Source: Gammaproteobacteria bacterium (GTDB lineage Bacteria; Pseudomonadota; Gammaproteobacteria; Tethybacterales; Persebacteraceae). Taken from it: 42,207 nt of DNA. The notes below the pieces were generated by a model. It was not told the origin of the DNA and ran no database searches. It saw only the letters and a list, made by a program, of their open reading frames with translations. The position numbers and the translations under genes were made by a program. The DNA is taken from positions 1-42,207 of the forward strand of contig JBPCXA010000229.1 of the NCBI GenBank assembly GCA_051008975.1. The letters run 5' to 3'. Shown one piece after another: positions 26,101 through 33,017 of this stretch (its first letter is position 1; each line of letters opens with the position of its first letter).

Positions 26101-27330
26101 GTCGTCAGGCCGGGGGGCTTCGGTGGCGACGACCACCAGCCAGCGATCCTCCAGTTCCGGCTGAAATGCCGGAAACAAGTTGTAATAGTCGGCGCCGGAT
26201 TCCGGAATGCGCAGGGTGACGCCGTTCATCGTCAAACGCATCGTCGCCAAAAGCCCGCAATTCGTCTGCTGCGGACCGGTGCAGGCGATGTTAAATCCGG
26301 CGATTAAATCGGAAACGGAAACCGCCCGTTCGGCAAACGGGGAAGGACAATCGCCGTTGCGGTCGCTTAATGCTATGGGACACAAAAAGATTGGCCGGTT
26401 GCCGGTCTGCGTCTGCCAGCCCCTGTTGCCCGCCGCCCACACCAGCACGATATCCTCCCCGGCGAAGATGTCCCGGAGTTCCCTTGCGGCACGGATGTCG
26501 TTGTCGTTAAAAAGCGGGGCGAAAATCGGAATTTTCGCTATGTAATTCACCCCCTGATACGTTCCCGCCTGCACGCGCGGAATCAGCCCGAACGAATTGT
26601 TGAGAATATGCACGCCGCTGCTGACCGCGAAGCGAAACGCGTTCGGTATATTGCCGGTAAAACCGCCGAACCTGTTGCCGACTTGCAGCGGCATCAAAGA
26701 AACCGAAGGCGCGATTCCGTGCGCGCCGGTGAAGCCGCCGAATCCGGGGTTGCCGCGGCTCGCGCCGACAATTCCGGCGACAAAAGTGCCGTGGCCGAGC
26801 GTGTTGCTGACGGGAACGATATATTCGGTGATGTTCGCGTTGCCGTCCGCAAAATTCCAGCCGGGGACGACCCGGTCGCGCAAATCTATGTGCGAAGTGA
26901 GCATTCCCGAATCCACAATTCCCACCGTCACGCCCTGCCCCCAAAACCCCCGCTGATAGGCGGCGTCCGCGTTTGTCTGCCCCAGCCCGTATTGCCGGTT
27001 AAATTCCGCGCTCCGGTAATTGTTGCCGTCCGGAGCCACCCCGTCGTCGTCCGGAGCCACCGCCGCCGGCAAAACAGCCGAAAGAGCGGTGTTTCCGCCG
27101 CCACCGCCCGGAGGACTCGGATTCGCTACGCAAGCGTTGCCTTGTCTGCTGAATCCCGATTCGCAGACGCAACTTTGCCTGTCCGAAGACAGACGTTCAT
27201 TTGCACCATCGCAATTCGGCGGAGGCGGAGGAGTTCCGGTGCCCGGAGGGGGCGAAGAACCACAGCCGACGAGGGACGCCAGCAAAAACGCGATTCCCAA
27301 AACCGCCCAATGTTTGCCCGTGATGTTCAC
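23197..27330 (-). CDS. lipoprotein autotransporter with two tandem subtilisin-like (S8) protease domains and a C-terminal beta-barrel
   Basis: GTG start at 27330 gives (M)NITGKHWAVLGIAFLLASLVGC, a lipobox. Domain 1 has VGIVDSG / GHGTFVAG / AAGN / GTSFAAPHVSG. Domain 2 has VGIVDTG / GHGTAVGG / AAGN / GTSFAAPHVSG. The ~380-aa C-terminal region ends ...ALSAQLRISF (terminal aromatic residue, OMP signature). The track extension to 27525 runs through repeats and was rejected. Confidence 0.75.
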   Translation of the reverse strand: MNITGKHWAVLGIAFLLASLVGCGSSPPPGTGTPPPPPNCDGANERLSSDRQSCVCESGFSRQGNACVANPSPPGGGGGNTALSAVLPAAVAPDDDGVAPDGNNYRSAEFNRQYGLGQTNADAAYQRGFWGQGVTVGIVDSGMLTSHIDLRDRVVPGWNFADGNANITEYIVPVSNTLGHGTFVAGIVGASRGNPGFGGFTGAHGIAPSVSLMPLQVGNRFGGFTGNIPNAFRFAVSSGVHILNNSFGLIPRVQAGTYQGVNYIAKIPIFAPLFNDNDIRAARELRDIFAGEDIVLVWAAGNRGWQTQTGNRPIFLCPIALSDRNGDCPSPFAERAVSVSDLIAGFNIACTGPQQTNCGLLATMRLTMNGVTLRIPESGADYYNLFPAFQPELEDRWLVVVATEAPRPDDNNRRFLWDGSNGCGDAKFWCIAAPGQSIYSTAGTGDNAYSTSPGTSFAAPHVSGALALLRNRLPGMPMRVARALILVAAEDLGENGVDDIYGWGFLDVDAAMTMQGDFTFSRQFTPAAPLSPADFTGPSLTLGLEPPNPATTDPAFYRTTEFGQNYGLAQIGAEYAYSRDYFGRGVTVGIVDTGMRTTHLDLRDNIVAGYNFAANNDVIDDPRTSLNPSGHGTAVGGVVAAARNNRANSAHGVAPEAKLMPLQISNRQGGLSGRGNILAAFRFAATSGVHIVNNSFGTSRGLVGMYNGQRYYANVPFFPEFNFGASASASEASQIANAVRDADMVFVWAAGNGGWNGRTGQVGLCTDIELALIGLHRCPDADRLSLTPRQLIDGFVSESYNRQLLYNITLFYDNNRVIPVFRIASGNGLGALSALNAPAVGTGYYGRMPFDEEELTHKWLVAVATDHDDELAYFSNGCGDAKFWCLAAPGLTVSTTSGTGDDAYDDANGTSFAAPHVSGALAVLKSRLSSMPMAAVRAVLLHTAEDIGDSGIDDEFGWGLVDLEKAITLQGSVRIVLDNDSRGGGGNRGTGTAGARVMDARIRLPSGFASVREELAEISVAVSVFGNAHYNMPLAALAEVSSSARTTLGSAALDMFLPSHDNRFAAGMLYAATDESRFRYAGLELDLEKLGAWRFQHNFCEECEESSWSEWNTFSDDAASAPFFAADRDAFILQMRGEGLRPFASFSGGVDNAGGGDELPYRQLGLRWTRETERVSFSAELSEVSEDESFMGISFGSLGEARAKTRQGRVMFRGGLVGGWSGFAFYERAHGKAEVSDGDFLRGVSGLRAEGWKAGLQRENVLSGGDRFRISAGRRTSLREGVAELGYVRAVCSDGTAGDCFNEAAFGDMADAPEIYKERRQELSSESARVSLSSLSSLVLTAGYSFPVLTDGEMAFGFEHDAGTKESALSAQLRISF
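24373..24386 (-). repeat. G14 homopolymer (coding strand) inside the autotransporter gene
   Basis: 14 consecutive C on the plus strand, counted directly. The coding strand reads TCA CGG GGG GGG GGG GGG AAT = SRGGGGN. It lies between the second protease domain and the beta-domain. Confidence 0.95.
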
Positions 27331-27336
27331 AAACCT

Positions 27337-27342
27337 ATTATA
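27337..27342 (-). promoter_or_regulatory. -10-like TATAAT 6 nt upstream of the GTG at 27330
   Basis: The minus strand reads cggaTATAATaggtttGTGaac. Confidence 0.35.
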
Positions 27343-27480
27343 TCCGTTCCCAAGCCCGGCTATTCCAAAACAGCATAAAAAACCGCATTTATATTCTTTT
27401 TCCGCGCAAAGTAGACAAATTGTCCACCAAAAATTCCCATTTTTCCCTCGTCCGCCGCCAAATTTCCGCCCGCCCCCACA

Positions 27481-27814
27481 GTGCCATTCCGGCGAAAGCC
27501 GGAATCTCGTTGCGCGACAGCGCAAACGGCGGATTCGCCTTCGGCGAAAGAGATTCCGGCTTTCGCCGGAATGGCGGTATTTTTATATTTTCGGATACCG
27601 CCAAATTCGGTATTGTCCGCAAAGACAAAAAGAACCCACCATTCCGGCGAAAGCCGGAATCTCTTTGTTCACTTTGATTTTTCGCATTAACCCCCCGTCC
27701 CATTCCTGCGAAGGCAGGAATCTCATCGCCGAAGGCGCAAACTGTCGCCGAAGGCGGTACAATTTCCCGCCGCTTCGCGGCGGTAGAGATTCCCGCGTTC
27801 GCGGGAATGGGACG
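27481..27814. repeat. mosaic intergenic repeat cluster (NIME-like), including diverged copy 4 of the 114-bp element
   Basis: ~97-bp unit at 27481-27577, shared 58-bp spacer at 27578-27635, half unit at 27636-27670, and a diverged inverted copy of the five-hairpin element at 27696-27814 ending ATTCCCGCGTTCGCGGGAATGGGACG. Confidence 0.75.
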
Positions 27815-27836
27815 TCGGGGGGCGGGCGGATTTTTT

Positions 27837-29084
27837 TTACAACAGCGATTTTTCGTCCGACAGCATTTCGGCGACCGTTTCGCGGCGGCGGATGAGACGG
27901 GTTTCGCCGCCCGATACCAGCACTTCGCACGGACGCGGACGGGCGTTGTAGCCCGAAAACATCGCCGCGCAATAGGCGCCCGCGTCGCGCACCGCCAGCA
28001 CGTCGCCCGCCGCCGCCGCCAATTCGCAGTCGCGCGCCAGAATGTCGGCGCTTTCGCACACCGGCCCCGCCACCGCGCCGCGCATCGTCCGCCGTCCGCC
28101 GCCGGTTTCCGTTTCTTCCACGATATGCCGCGCCCCGTACAACGCCGGACGCGGGAAGTCGTTCATCCCGGCGTCCGCGATCCAAAATACGGAATCGCCG
28201 CTTTGTTTGACATATTCCACGCGCGACAGCAAAACGCCCGCCCGCGCCGCCACCGCGCGTCCGGGTTCCAGCCAGATTTCCGTTTCCGAAAACCGCCGCG
28301 CGAGATCCGCGTCATATTCCGCCGCGTTCCAATCCGCGTCCGCGCCGGTTTCGTAATTCACCGCGAATCCGCCGCCCATATCCACATGGCGGACGGCGAT
28401 TCCGTCCTCGCGCGCGAAACGGATTAGTTCGTCCATTTTCGCGGCGGCGGAAAGATACGCCGAAACTTCGCCGATTTGCGAGCCGATGTGGCAGGCGAAA
28501 CCGCGAAAATCCAAATGTTGCGAATCCGCCGCCGTCCGCGCCAAAGTCCGCGCCTCGGACGGCGGCACGCCGAATTTTCCGCCGCGTACGCCGGTCGTCA
28601 AATGCGGATGCGTCCCGCCGTCTATGTCCGGATTCGCGCGAATCGCCAGCGGCGCGCGGGTTTTTGTCGCCGCCGCGATTTCTTCCAGACGCGCCAGTTC
28701 CGCCGCCGATTCCACATTAAAACAGCCGATTCCGGCGTCCAAGGCGGCGCGAATTTCCGCCGCGCTTTTGCCCGCCCCGGAAAATACGATTTGCGCCGCG
28801 TCGCCGCCGGACGCCAGCACCCGCGCCAGTTCGCCCGCCGAAACGATGTCAAAACCGCATCCCGCCTCGCGCAACAAACGCAGCAAAGACAGATTTCCGT
28901 TCGCCTTCACCGCGTAAAAAATTCGCGGCGCGCTGCGGCGAAACATTTCGCGCAGTCGTGCGACCGAATCGGTCAAAGCCCGCCGCGAATATACATAGCA
29001 CGGCGTACCGTATCGCGCCGCGATTTCCGACAGCGGCGCGTCCTCCATCCAAAGACCGCCGCCGCGCCGCGAAAAAACGCTCAT
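27837..29084 (-). CDS. lysA: diaminopimelate decarboxylase
   Basis: Start at MSVFSRRGG. It has YAVKANGN (PLP lysine), HIGSQ, DMGGGF, and CESADIL...GAYC. Confidence 0.9.
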   Translation of the reverse strand: MSVFSRRGGGLWMEDAPLSEIAARYGTPCYVYSRRALTDSVARLREMFRRSAPRIFYAVKANGNLSLLRLLREAGCGFDIVSAGELARVLASGGDAAQIVFSGAGKSAAEIRAALDAGIGCFNVESAAELARLEEIAAATKTRAPLAIRANPDIDGGTHPHLTTGVRGGKFGVPPSEARTLARTAADSQHLDFRGFACHIGSQIGEVSAYLSAAAKMDELIRFAREDGIAVRHVDMGGGFAVNYETGADADWNAAEYDADLARRFSETEIWLEPGRAVAARAGVLLSRVEYVKQSGDSVFWIADAGMNDFPRPALYGARHIVEETETGGGRRTMRGAVAGPVCESADILARDCELAAAAGDVLAVRDAGAYCAAMFSGYNARPRPCEVLVSGGETRLIRRRETVAEMLSDEKSLL

Positions 29085-29188
29085 CCGTCCCGCGCCTCCG
29101 CCGGCGGCGGACGCAGCGGCCCTTTGTTGCCGCACCCGCCGGCGGCGAACAGCAGCGCGCAAAATATGCAGACGAGCGTCTTTTTCAT
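29081..29188 (-). CDS. lptM: small lipoprotein, LptM/YifL-like
   Basis: Below the ORF-track size cutoff. It reads MKKTLVCIFCALLFAAGGCGNKGPLRPPPAEARDG, with a lipobox followed by the GxKGPL motif. Its TGA overlaps the lysA ATG (ATGA). It sits between cyaY and lysA, the usual lptM position. Confidence 0.6.
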   Translation of the reverse strand: MKKTLVCIFCALLFAAGGCGNKGPLRPPPAEARDG

Positions 29189-29200
29189 CGGCGATTTCGG

Positions 29201-29208
29201 ATTATAAT
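29201..29208. promoter_or_regulatory. palindromic ATTATAAT readable as a -10 hexamer on both strands, within a 28-bp divergent intergenic region
   Basis: Plus-strand TATAAT at 29203-29208 is 8 nt before the cyaY ATG at 29217. Minus-strand TATAAT at 29206-29201 is 13 nt before the lptM ATG at 29188. Confidence 0.4.
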
Positions 29209-29216
29209 CCGTTTTG

Positions 29217-29519
29217 ATGACCGAAAAAATGATCGACGAAACCGAATATCACGACCTCTGCGACCGCCTTTTCGCGGAAATAGAATCCGTTTTGGACGCC
29301 GCCGCCGCGGATTTTGATTCCAACGGACACGTGATTGAGGCGGAACTGGCGGACGGCGGCAAAATGATTATCAACCGCCAAACCCCCGCGCGCGAAGTAT
29401 GGCTGGCGACGCCCGGCGGCGGGCGGCATTTCCGCCTGCAAAACGGCGAATGGCGCGACACCCGCGACGACCGCGAACTAAAAACCGCCCTCCGCGACCT
29501 GCTCGGATCTTCCGGCTGA
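29217..29519 (+). CDS. cyaY: iron donor protein CyaY (frataxin homologue)
   Basis: MTEKMIDETEYHDLCDRLFAEIESVLD...INRQTPAREVWLATPGGGRHF is the frataxin family pattern. Confidence 0.85.
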   Translation: MTEKMIDETEYHDLCDRLFAEIESVLDAAAADFDSNGHVIEAELADGGKMIINRQTPAREVWLATPGGGRHFRLQNGEWRDTRDDRELKTALRDLLGSSG

Positions 29520-29535
29520 TATTTTAGATTCCCGC

Positions 29536-31419
29536 CTATTCGGCGGACGCCGTCCGCGGGGCGATAATTTCCCGTTCCAGCAATTCGCGCATGGACGACG
29601 CCGGCGCGCCTAATTGTTTCGCGTAATGAAAACGGGCGGCTAATAACGCCTTCACATACAGGCGGGTTTCGCGCAGCGGGATGTTTTCCACCAACGCCAG
29701 CGTCTCGGCGATATTGCCGTGCCAGCGCGCCGCCCGCCCCGGACCGGCGTTGTAGGCGGCGGCGACCCGCGCCGGATGCGCGCCGAATCTTTGCGCCAAA
29801 TCGTGCAAATAAGTCGCGCCGATAATCACGTTCGTATCCACTCGCGTCAGCCGCGACAGGCGGTAGCGTCCGTAGCCGTGCCGTCGCGCCACGATTTTCG
29901 CGGTGGACGGCAAAACCTGCATCAGTCCGCGCGCCCGCGCCGAAGACACCGCCTTCGGCATAAACCGGCTTTCGCGGCGAATCAGCGCATACACGAACGC
30001 CCTGTCCAGCCCGAATCGCCCGCTGTATTTGTCAATCGTCTCCCGATACGGAGTCGGATGACGCAGCGCGTCCGCCCCCGGAAAGCCCGCCCCCGCCGCG
30101 TCGGCGGCGTTAATGGAGGCCAGATACCATTTCGCGTTTTCCGCCGCCCGCGCCCCCGCCAAAATATCTTCCGGCGCGGAATTTTTCACCGCGTGCCGCC
30201 AAATCCGCCGCGCGAGATTGTCCTGCCCGGCGCGGCGCGCCGCCAACGCCAGCGCGAAATCGCCGCGCGCTTTCGCCGCCGGTTTTTCCGCCGCGGTTTC
30301 TTCCTTTCGCGTCGGAACTATTCCCGCCGCCTCGCGCGCCAGCAGTCCGTAATAATCGTCCGTATCGGCGGCGAGGGCGCGCATTTGTTTTTGCGATTCG
30401 TCGCGGTCGCCGGTGCGCGCCAACGCCGTCGCCCGCCAATAACGCCACGCCGACAGCGAAGATTCGGATTCCGGCATATTTTGCACGGTGCGCGCGACAT
30501 CGGCATATTCCCCGGCGCGCAACGCCGCCCGCACCCGCCACGCCCGCGAATTTTCGTCGTATCCGGAGGAAAAAGACGGCGCCATTCGGTACAATTCCAT
30601 CGCGTCCGCCCGATGCGCCTTCGCCGCCCGTTCGGCGATTTTCGCCCATGCCTGGTTGTTTTCCGCGTCCCCGAAATACGGCGAGAACGCCCGCCATCGC
30701 CGCACCGCCAGCCCGACGTCGTTTTTCGCCGCGGCCATCGCGGCGATCATCACCAAGGCGCGGTCGGCGGGGGAGGACAGCGAATGTTTGCCGCGAATAT
30801 ACCGCCGCGCCCGCAGCACCGTTTTGCGCACCGCGGAATACGACAGTCCGACCGGAAAATGCCGCAAAAATCGCCGCGTCGTCGCGAGCAGTCCGCCGCC
30901 CGCCAAACCGCGCAACTTCATCCAAACATCCTCTTCGGTCAAAAGTCCGTCCCGCCGCGCTTTTTGCATCGCGGCGATGCACAGCGCGTCCTGAAATTTT
31001 TGTTCCGCGTCCCACAATTTTCGCGCCGCCGCCGCGTCCGCCCGCCCCGAATGCAGCCGCGACAGCAAAGCCGCGCACGGCGAAACATCGGAAACGGCGG
31101 CGAATTGCGCGAATTCTTTTTTGCGCAAATAATATTCCGCCAGTCGCCGTTTCGCCCGTTCGCGAACGTAGGGCGATTCCGCGTCCCGCCGCAAAGTTTC
31201 CAAATTCTCCGGCCGCCCCCGCCGCAACGCCAAAACCGCCCCCCAATAGTCCAGCAGCGGGCGATACGCGCTGTCGGCGGGAATTTTTTGCGCGTCGCGG
31301 GCGAACGATTTCGCGTGATCTTTGACAAAATGCCGCCGCACCTGATTGAAATCGGCGGCGTCATCGGCGAACGCCGCTCCCGTCATCGCCGCCGCCAGCC
31401 ATAAAAATCGCCCGATCAT
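29536..31419 (-). CDS. slt: soluble lytic murein transglycosylase (Slt70-like)
   Basis: Signal peptide MIGRFLWLAAAMTGAAFA, a long superhelical N-terminal region, and a C-terminal SLT domain with RRESRF...GLMQVLPSTA...AAYNAGPGR. Confidence 0.8.
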   Translation of the reverse strand: MIGRFLWLAAAMTGAAFADDAADFNQVRRHFVKDHAKSFARDAQKIPADSAYRPLLDYWGAVLALRRGRPENLETLRRDAESPYVRERAKRRLAEYYLRKKEFAQFAAVSDVSPCAALLSRLHSGRADAAAARKLWDAEQKFQDALCIAAMQKARRDGLLTEEDVWMKLRGLAGGGLLATTRRFLRHFPVGLSYSAVRKTVLRARRYIRGKHSLSSPADRALVMIAAMAAAKNDVGLAVRRWRAFSPYFGDAENNQAWAKIAERAAKAHRADAMELYRMAPSFSSGYDENSRAWRVRAALRAGEYADVARTVQNMPESESSLSAWRYWRATALARTGDRDESQKQMRALAADTDDYYGLLAREAAGIVPTRKEETAAEKPAAKARGDFALALAARRAGQDNLARRIWRHAVKNSAPEDILAGARAAENAKWYLASINAADAAGAGFPGADALRHPTPYRETIDKYSGRFGLDRAFVYALIRRESRFMPKAVSSARARGLMQVLPSTAKIVARRHGYGRYRLSRLTRVDTNVIIGATYLHDLAQRFGAHPARVAAAYNAGPGRAARWHGNIAETLALVENIPLRETRLYVKALLAARFHYAKQLGAPASSMRELLEREIIAPRTASAE

Positions 31420-31425
31420 CAGGTC

Positions 31426-31431
31426 ATTTTA
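31426..31431 (-). promoter_or_regulatory. -10-like TAAAAT 6 nt upstream of the slt ATG
   Basis: The minus strand reads cgtTAAAATgacctgATG. Confidence 0.35.
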
Positions 31432-31610
31432 ACGGCAAAACCGCGCCGGCGAACAATTTTATCCGCCGCCGCCCGCCGCCGCCGTCCGAATTTTTCGCCC
31501 GCCGTTGTTTTTTGTCCACAAATTGCAAATTTTTATCTCACTGAAAAAGCGACATTTTCGTTTTTTTCGGAAATTTATTTTGCACAGCACAAAAAAATCG
31601 CGTCAAACCC

Positions 31611-31638
31611 TTGAAATACTCCCGGAATGTCTTATAAT
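31611..31638 (+). promoter_or_regulatory. sigma70-type promoter (TTGAAA -16 nt- TATAAT) for the phasin-like gene
   Basis: TTGAAA at 31611-31616 and TATAAT at 31633-31638 lie in an AT-rich intergenic region, followed by SD AAGGAG and the ATG at 31684. Confidence 0.55.
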
Positions 31639-31683
31639 GGCGGTATCGCAGTATACTGCGCATTGCACAAAAAGGAGCAAAAA

Positions 31684-32196
31684 ATGAAGCAAACGACGGA
31701 ACAACCCATTCAGTCCATTCAAGCCGCGCAAACGGCGGAGTGGTTCAACGAAGCGGCGCTGGCGGCGGCGGATTATTCGTCCAAAGTGGCGGCGCGGCAG
31801 CTGGCGTTCGCACGCAAATTTTCCGAACGCGGCGGCGATTTTTCTCCGCAACAACTTCTGTCGCCCGATGCGGCGGAAATGCGGCGTTCGGCGTCCGAAT
31901 ATCTGACCTTCGTCCGCGAGGGGCTGGAAGATTTCGCGCAGGCGTCCGACCGCCATTTCGCGCTTTTGGAGCGCGCGGTGGACGGCGCGGCGGCGGGCGG
32001 ACGGGCGTTTTTGCCGCCGCAAGCGGAGGCGTTCGGACGGCAGTGGATTGACGGCGTCAAAGCCGCCAACGCGGCGGTCAAGGACGGCGTCCGCGTCTCC
32101 TGCCGCGTCGCCGCCGACGGACTGCGCCCGGCGGAAGCCAACGGCGCGGCGGCGACGTCCGCCAAACCCGCCGAGGGCAAGGGCGGGCGGAAGTAA
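31684..32196 (+). CDS. phasin-family (PHA granule-associated) protein, tentative
   Basis: 170 aa, Ala/Glu/Gln-rich, helical and non-membrane, with a strong promoter and SD plus a clean terminator (features of a highly expressed gene). The N-terminal QSIQAAQTAEWFNEAALAAADYSSKVAARQLAFARKF resembles phasin_2-type proteins. Not verified by search. Confidence 0.45.
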   Translation: MKQTTEQPIQSIQAAQTAEWFNEAALAAADYSSKVAARQLAFARKFSERGGDFSPQQLLSPDAAEMRRSASEYLTFVREGLEDFAQASDRHFALLERAVDGAAAGGRAFLPPQAEAFGRQWIDGVKAANAAVKDGVRVSCRVAADGLRPAEANGAAATSAKPAEGKGGRK

Positions 32197-32248
32197 ACAA
32201 TTTCGGGGCGTTTTTCTCCTCTCCTCTCCTTAAACTCCCCGAAGCCGC

Positions 32249-32282
32249 AAGGCGCAATCTCCGGATTGCGCCTTGTTTTTTT
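32249..32282 (+). terminator. rho-independent terminator
   Basis: Perfect 11-bp stem AAGGCGCAATC / GATTGCGCCTT with loop TCCG, followed by G and T7. Confidence 0.8.
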
Positions 32283-32437
32283 AACCACTCGCAACGACGG
32301 CGACGCCCGCAACTCTTCCCTGCAATCACATTTTTAGTGCGGCGAGTACGCGACGAAAATTTTTGGCAACCGGCGGAAAATACATTTTGCGGCGCGTTGC
32401 GAAAAGAACGCCGAACGCCCGCGTTTATCCGCGTTTA

Positions 32438-32527
32438 TTTGCCGCGGGGATTTTTGGGAATCACCCACCATATAAACGCCGCCGCGATTAGCAGCGCCAG
32501 CCCCGCCTCCAGCAGGATTAACCACAT
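32438..32527 (-). CDS. possible 29-aa hydrophobic peptide
   Basis: MWLILLEAGLALLIAAAFIWWVIPKNPRGK, with SD GGGAGA 6 nt upstream of the ATG. It is a different frame from the 65-aa track ORF. There is no other support. Confidence 0.25.
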
Positions 32528-32543
32528 ACATCGTCTCCCGTGT

Positions 32544-32549
32544 TATACT
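32544..32549 (+). promoter_or_regulatory. -10-like TATACT 6 nt upstream of the ATG at 32556
   Basis: tgtTATACTcgccgaATG. Confidence 0.35.
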
Positions 32550-32555
32550 CGCCGA

Positions 32556-33017
32556 ATGTTAACACGAAATCCGATCATGCGGAACGGGGGCGTACTCGCC
32601 GCCGCGTTGCTGATGACCGCGCAGGGGGCGTTCGCCGCTTCCGGCGGCAGCGCGACCGCCGCGTCTTTCGGTTCGGCGTTGATCGTTTCCGGTTCCGCCT
32701 CCGTCGTCGCCGACGTCGCCGGGGCGGGCGCGTCTTTCGCCGTCAAAACGGTGGAAACCGTCGCCGATATTACGCGAATCGTTCTCGCGCCGGTCGGACA
32801 GGCCGCCGCCGATTCGGCGGAAGTCGTCATAGAAGCCGCGCCCGAACTCGCCCGTTCCGTCGCGCTGGCGGCGGGCGATTCGGTGACCGTCACCGCGATT
32901 GTCGCCGAAGAAGGTAGCGGCGTTGTCGGACATATTCTGACCGCCGGCGGACAATTTCTTTTGTATGCGGCGTCGCAAAAACCGATGTCGGTATACAGCC
33001 GGCGAATTGATGCCTGA
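32556..33017 (+). CDS. hypothetical secreted Ala/Gly/Ser/Val-rich protein
   Basis: MLTRNPIMRNGGVLAAALLMTAQGAFA is a signal peptide. The stop overlaps the next ATG by 8 nt. Confidence 0.5.
   Translation: MLTRNPIMRNGGVLAAALLMTAQGAFAASGGSATAASFGSALIVSGSASVVADVAGAGASFAVKTVETVADITRIVLAPVGQAAADSAEVVIEAAPELARSVALAAGDSVTVTAIVAEEGSGVVGHILTAGGQFLLYAASQKPMSVYSRRIDA

Noticed and set aside
27331-27525. N-terminal 65-codon extension of the autotransporter ORF in the track
   Set aside because: The extension is translated from the repeat cluster and gives a Cys/Gly/Phe-rich stretch without signal-peptide character. The GTG at 27330 yields a clean lipoprotein signal peptide and is preceded by TATAAT at the recurrent 6-nt spacing.
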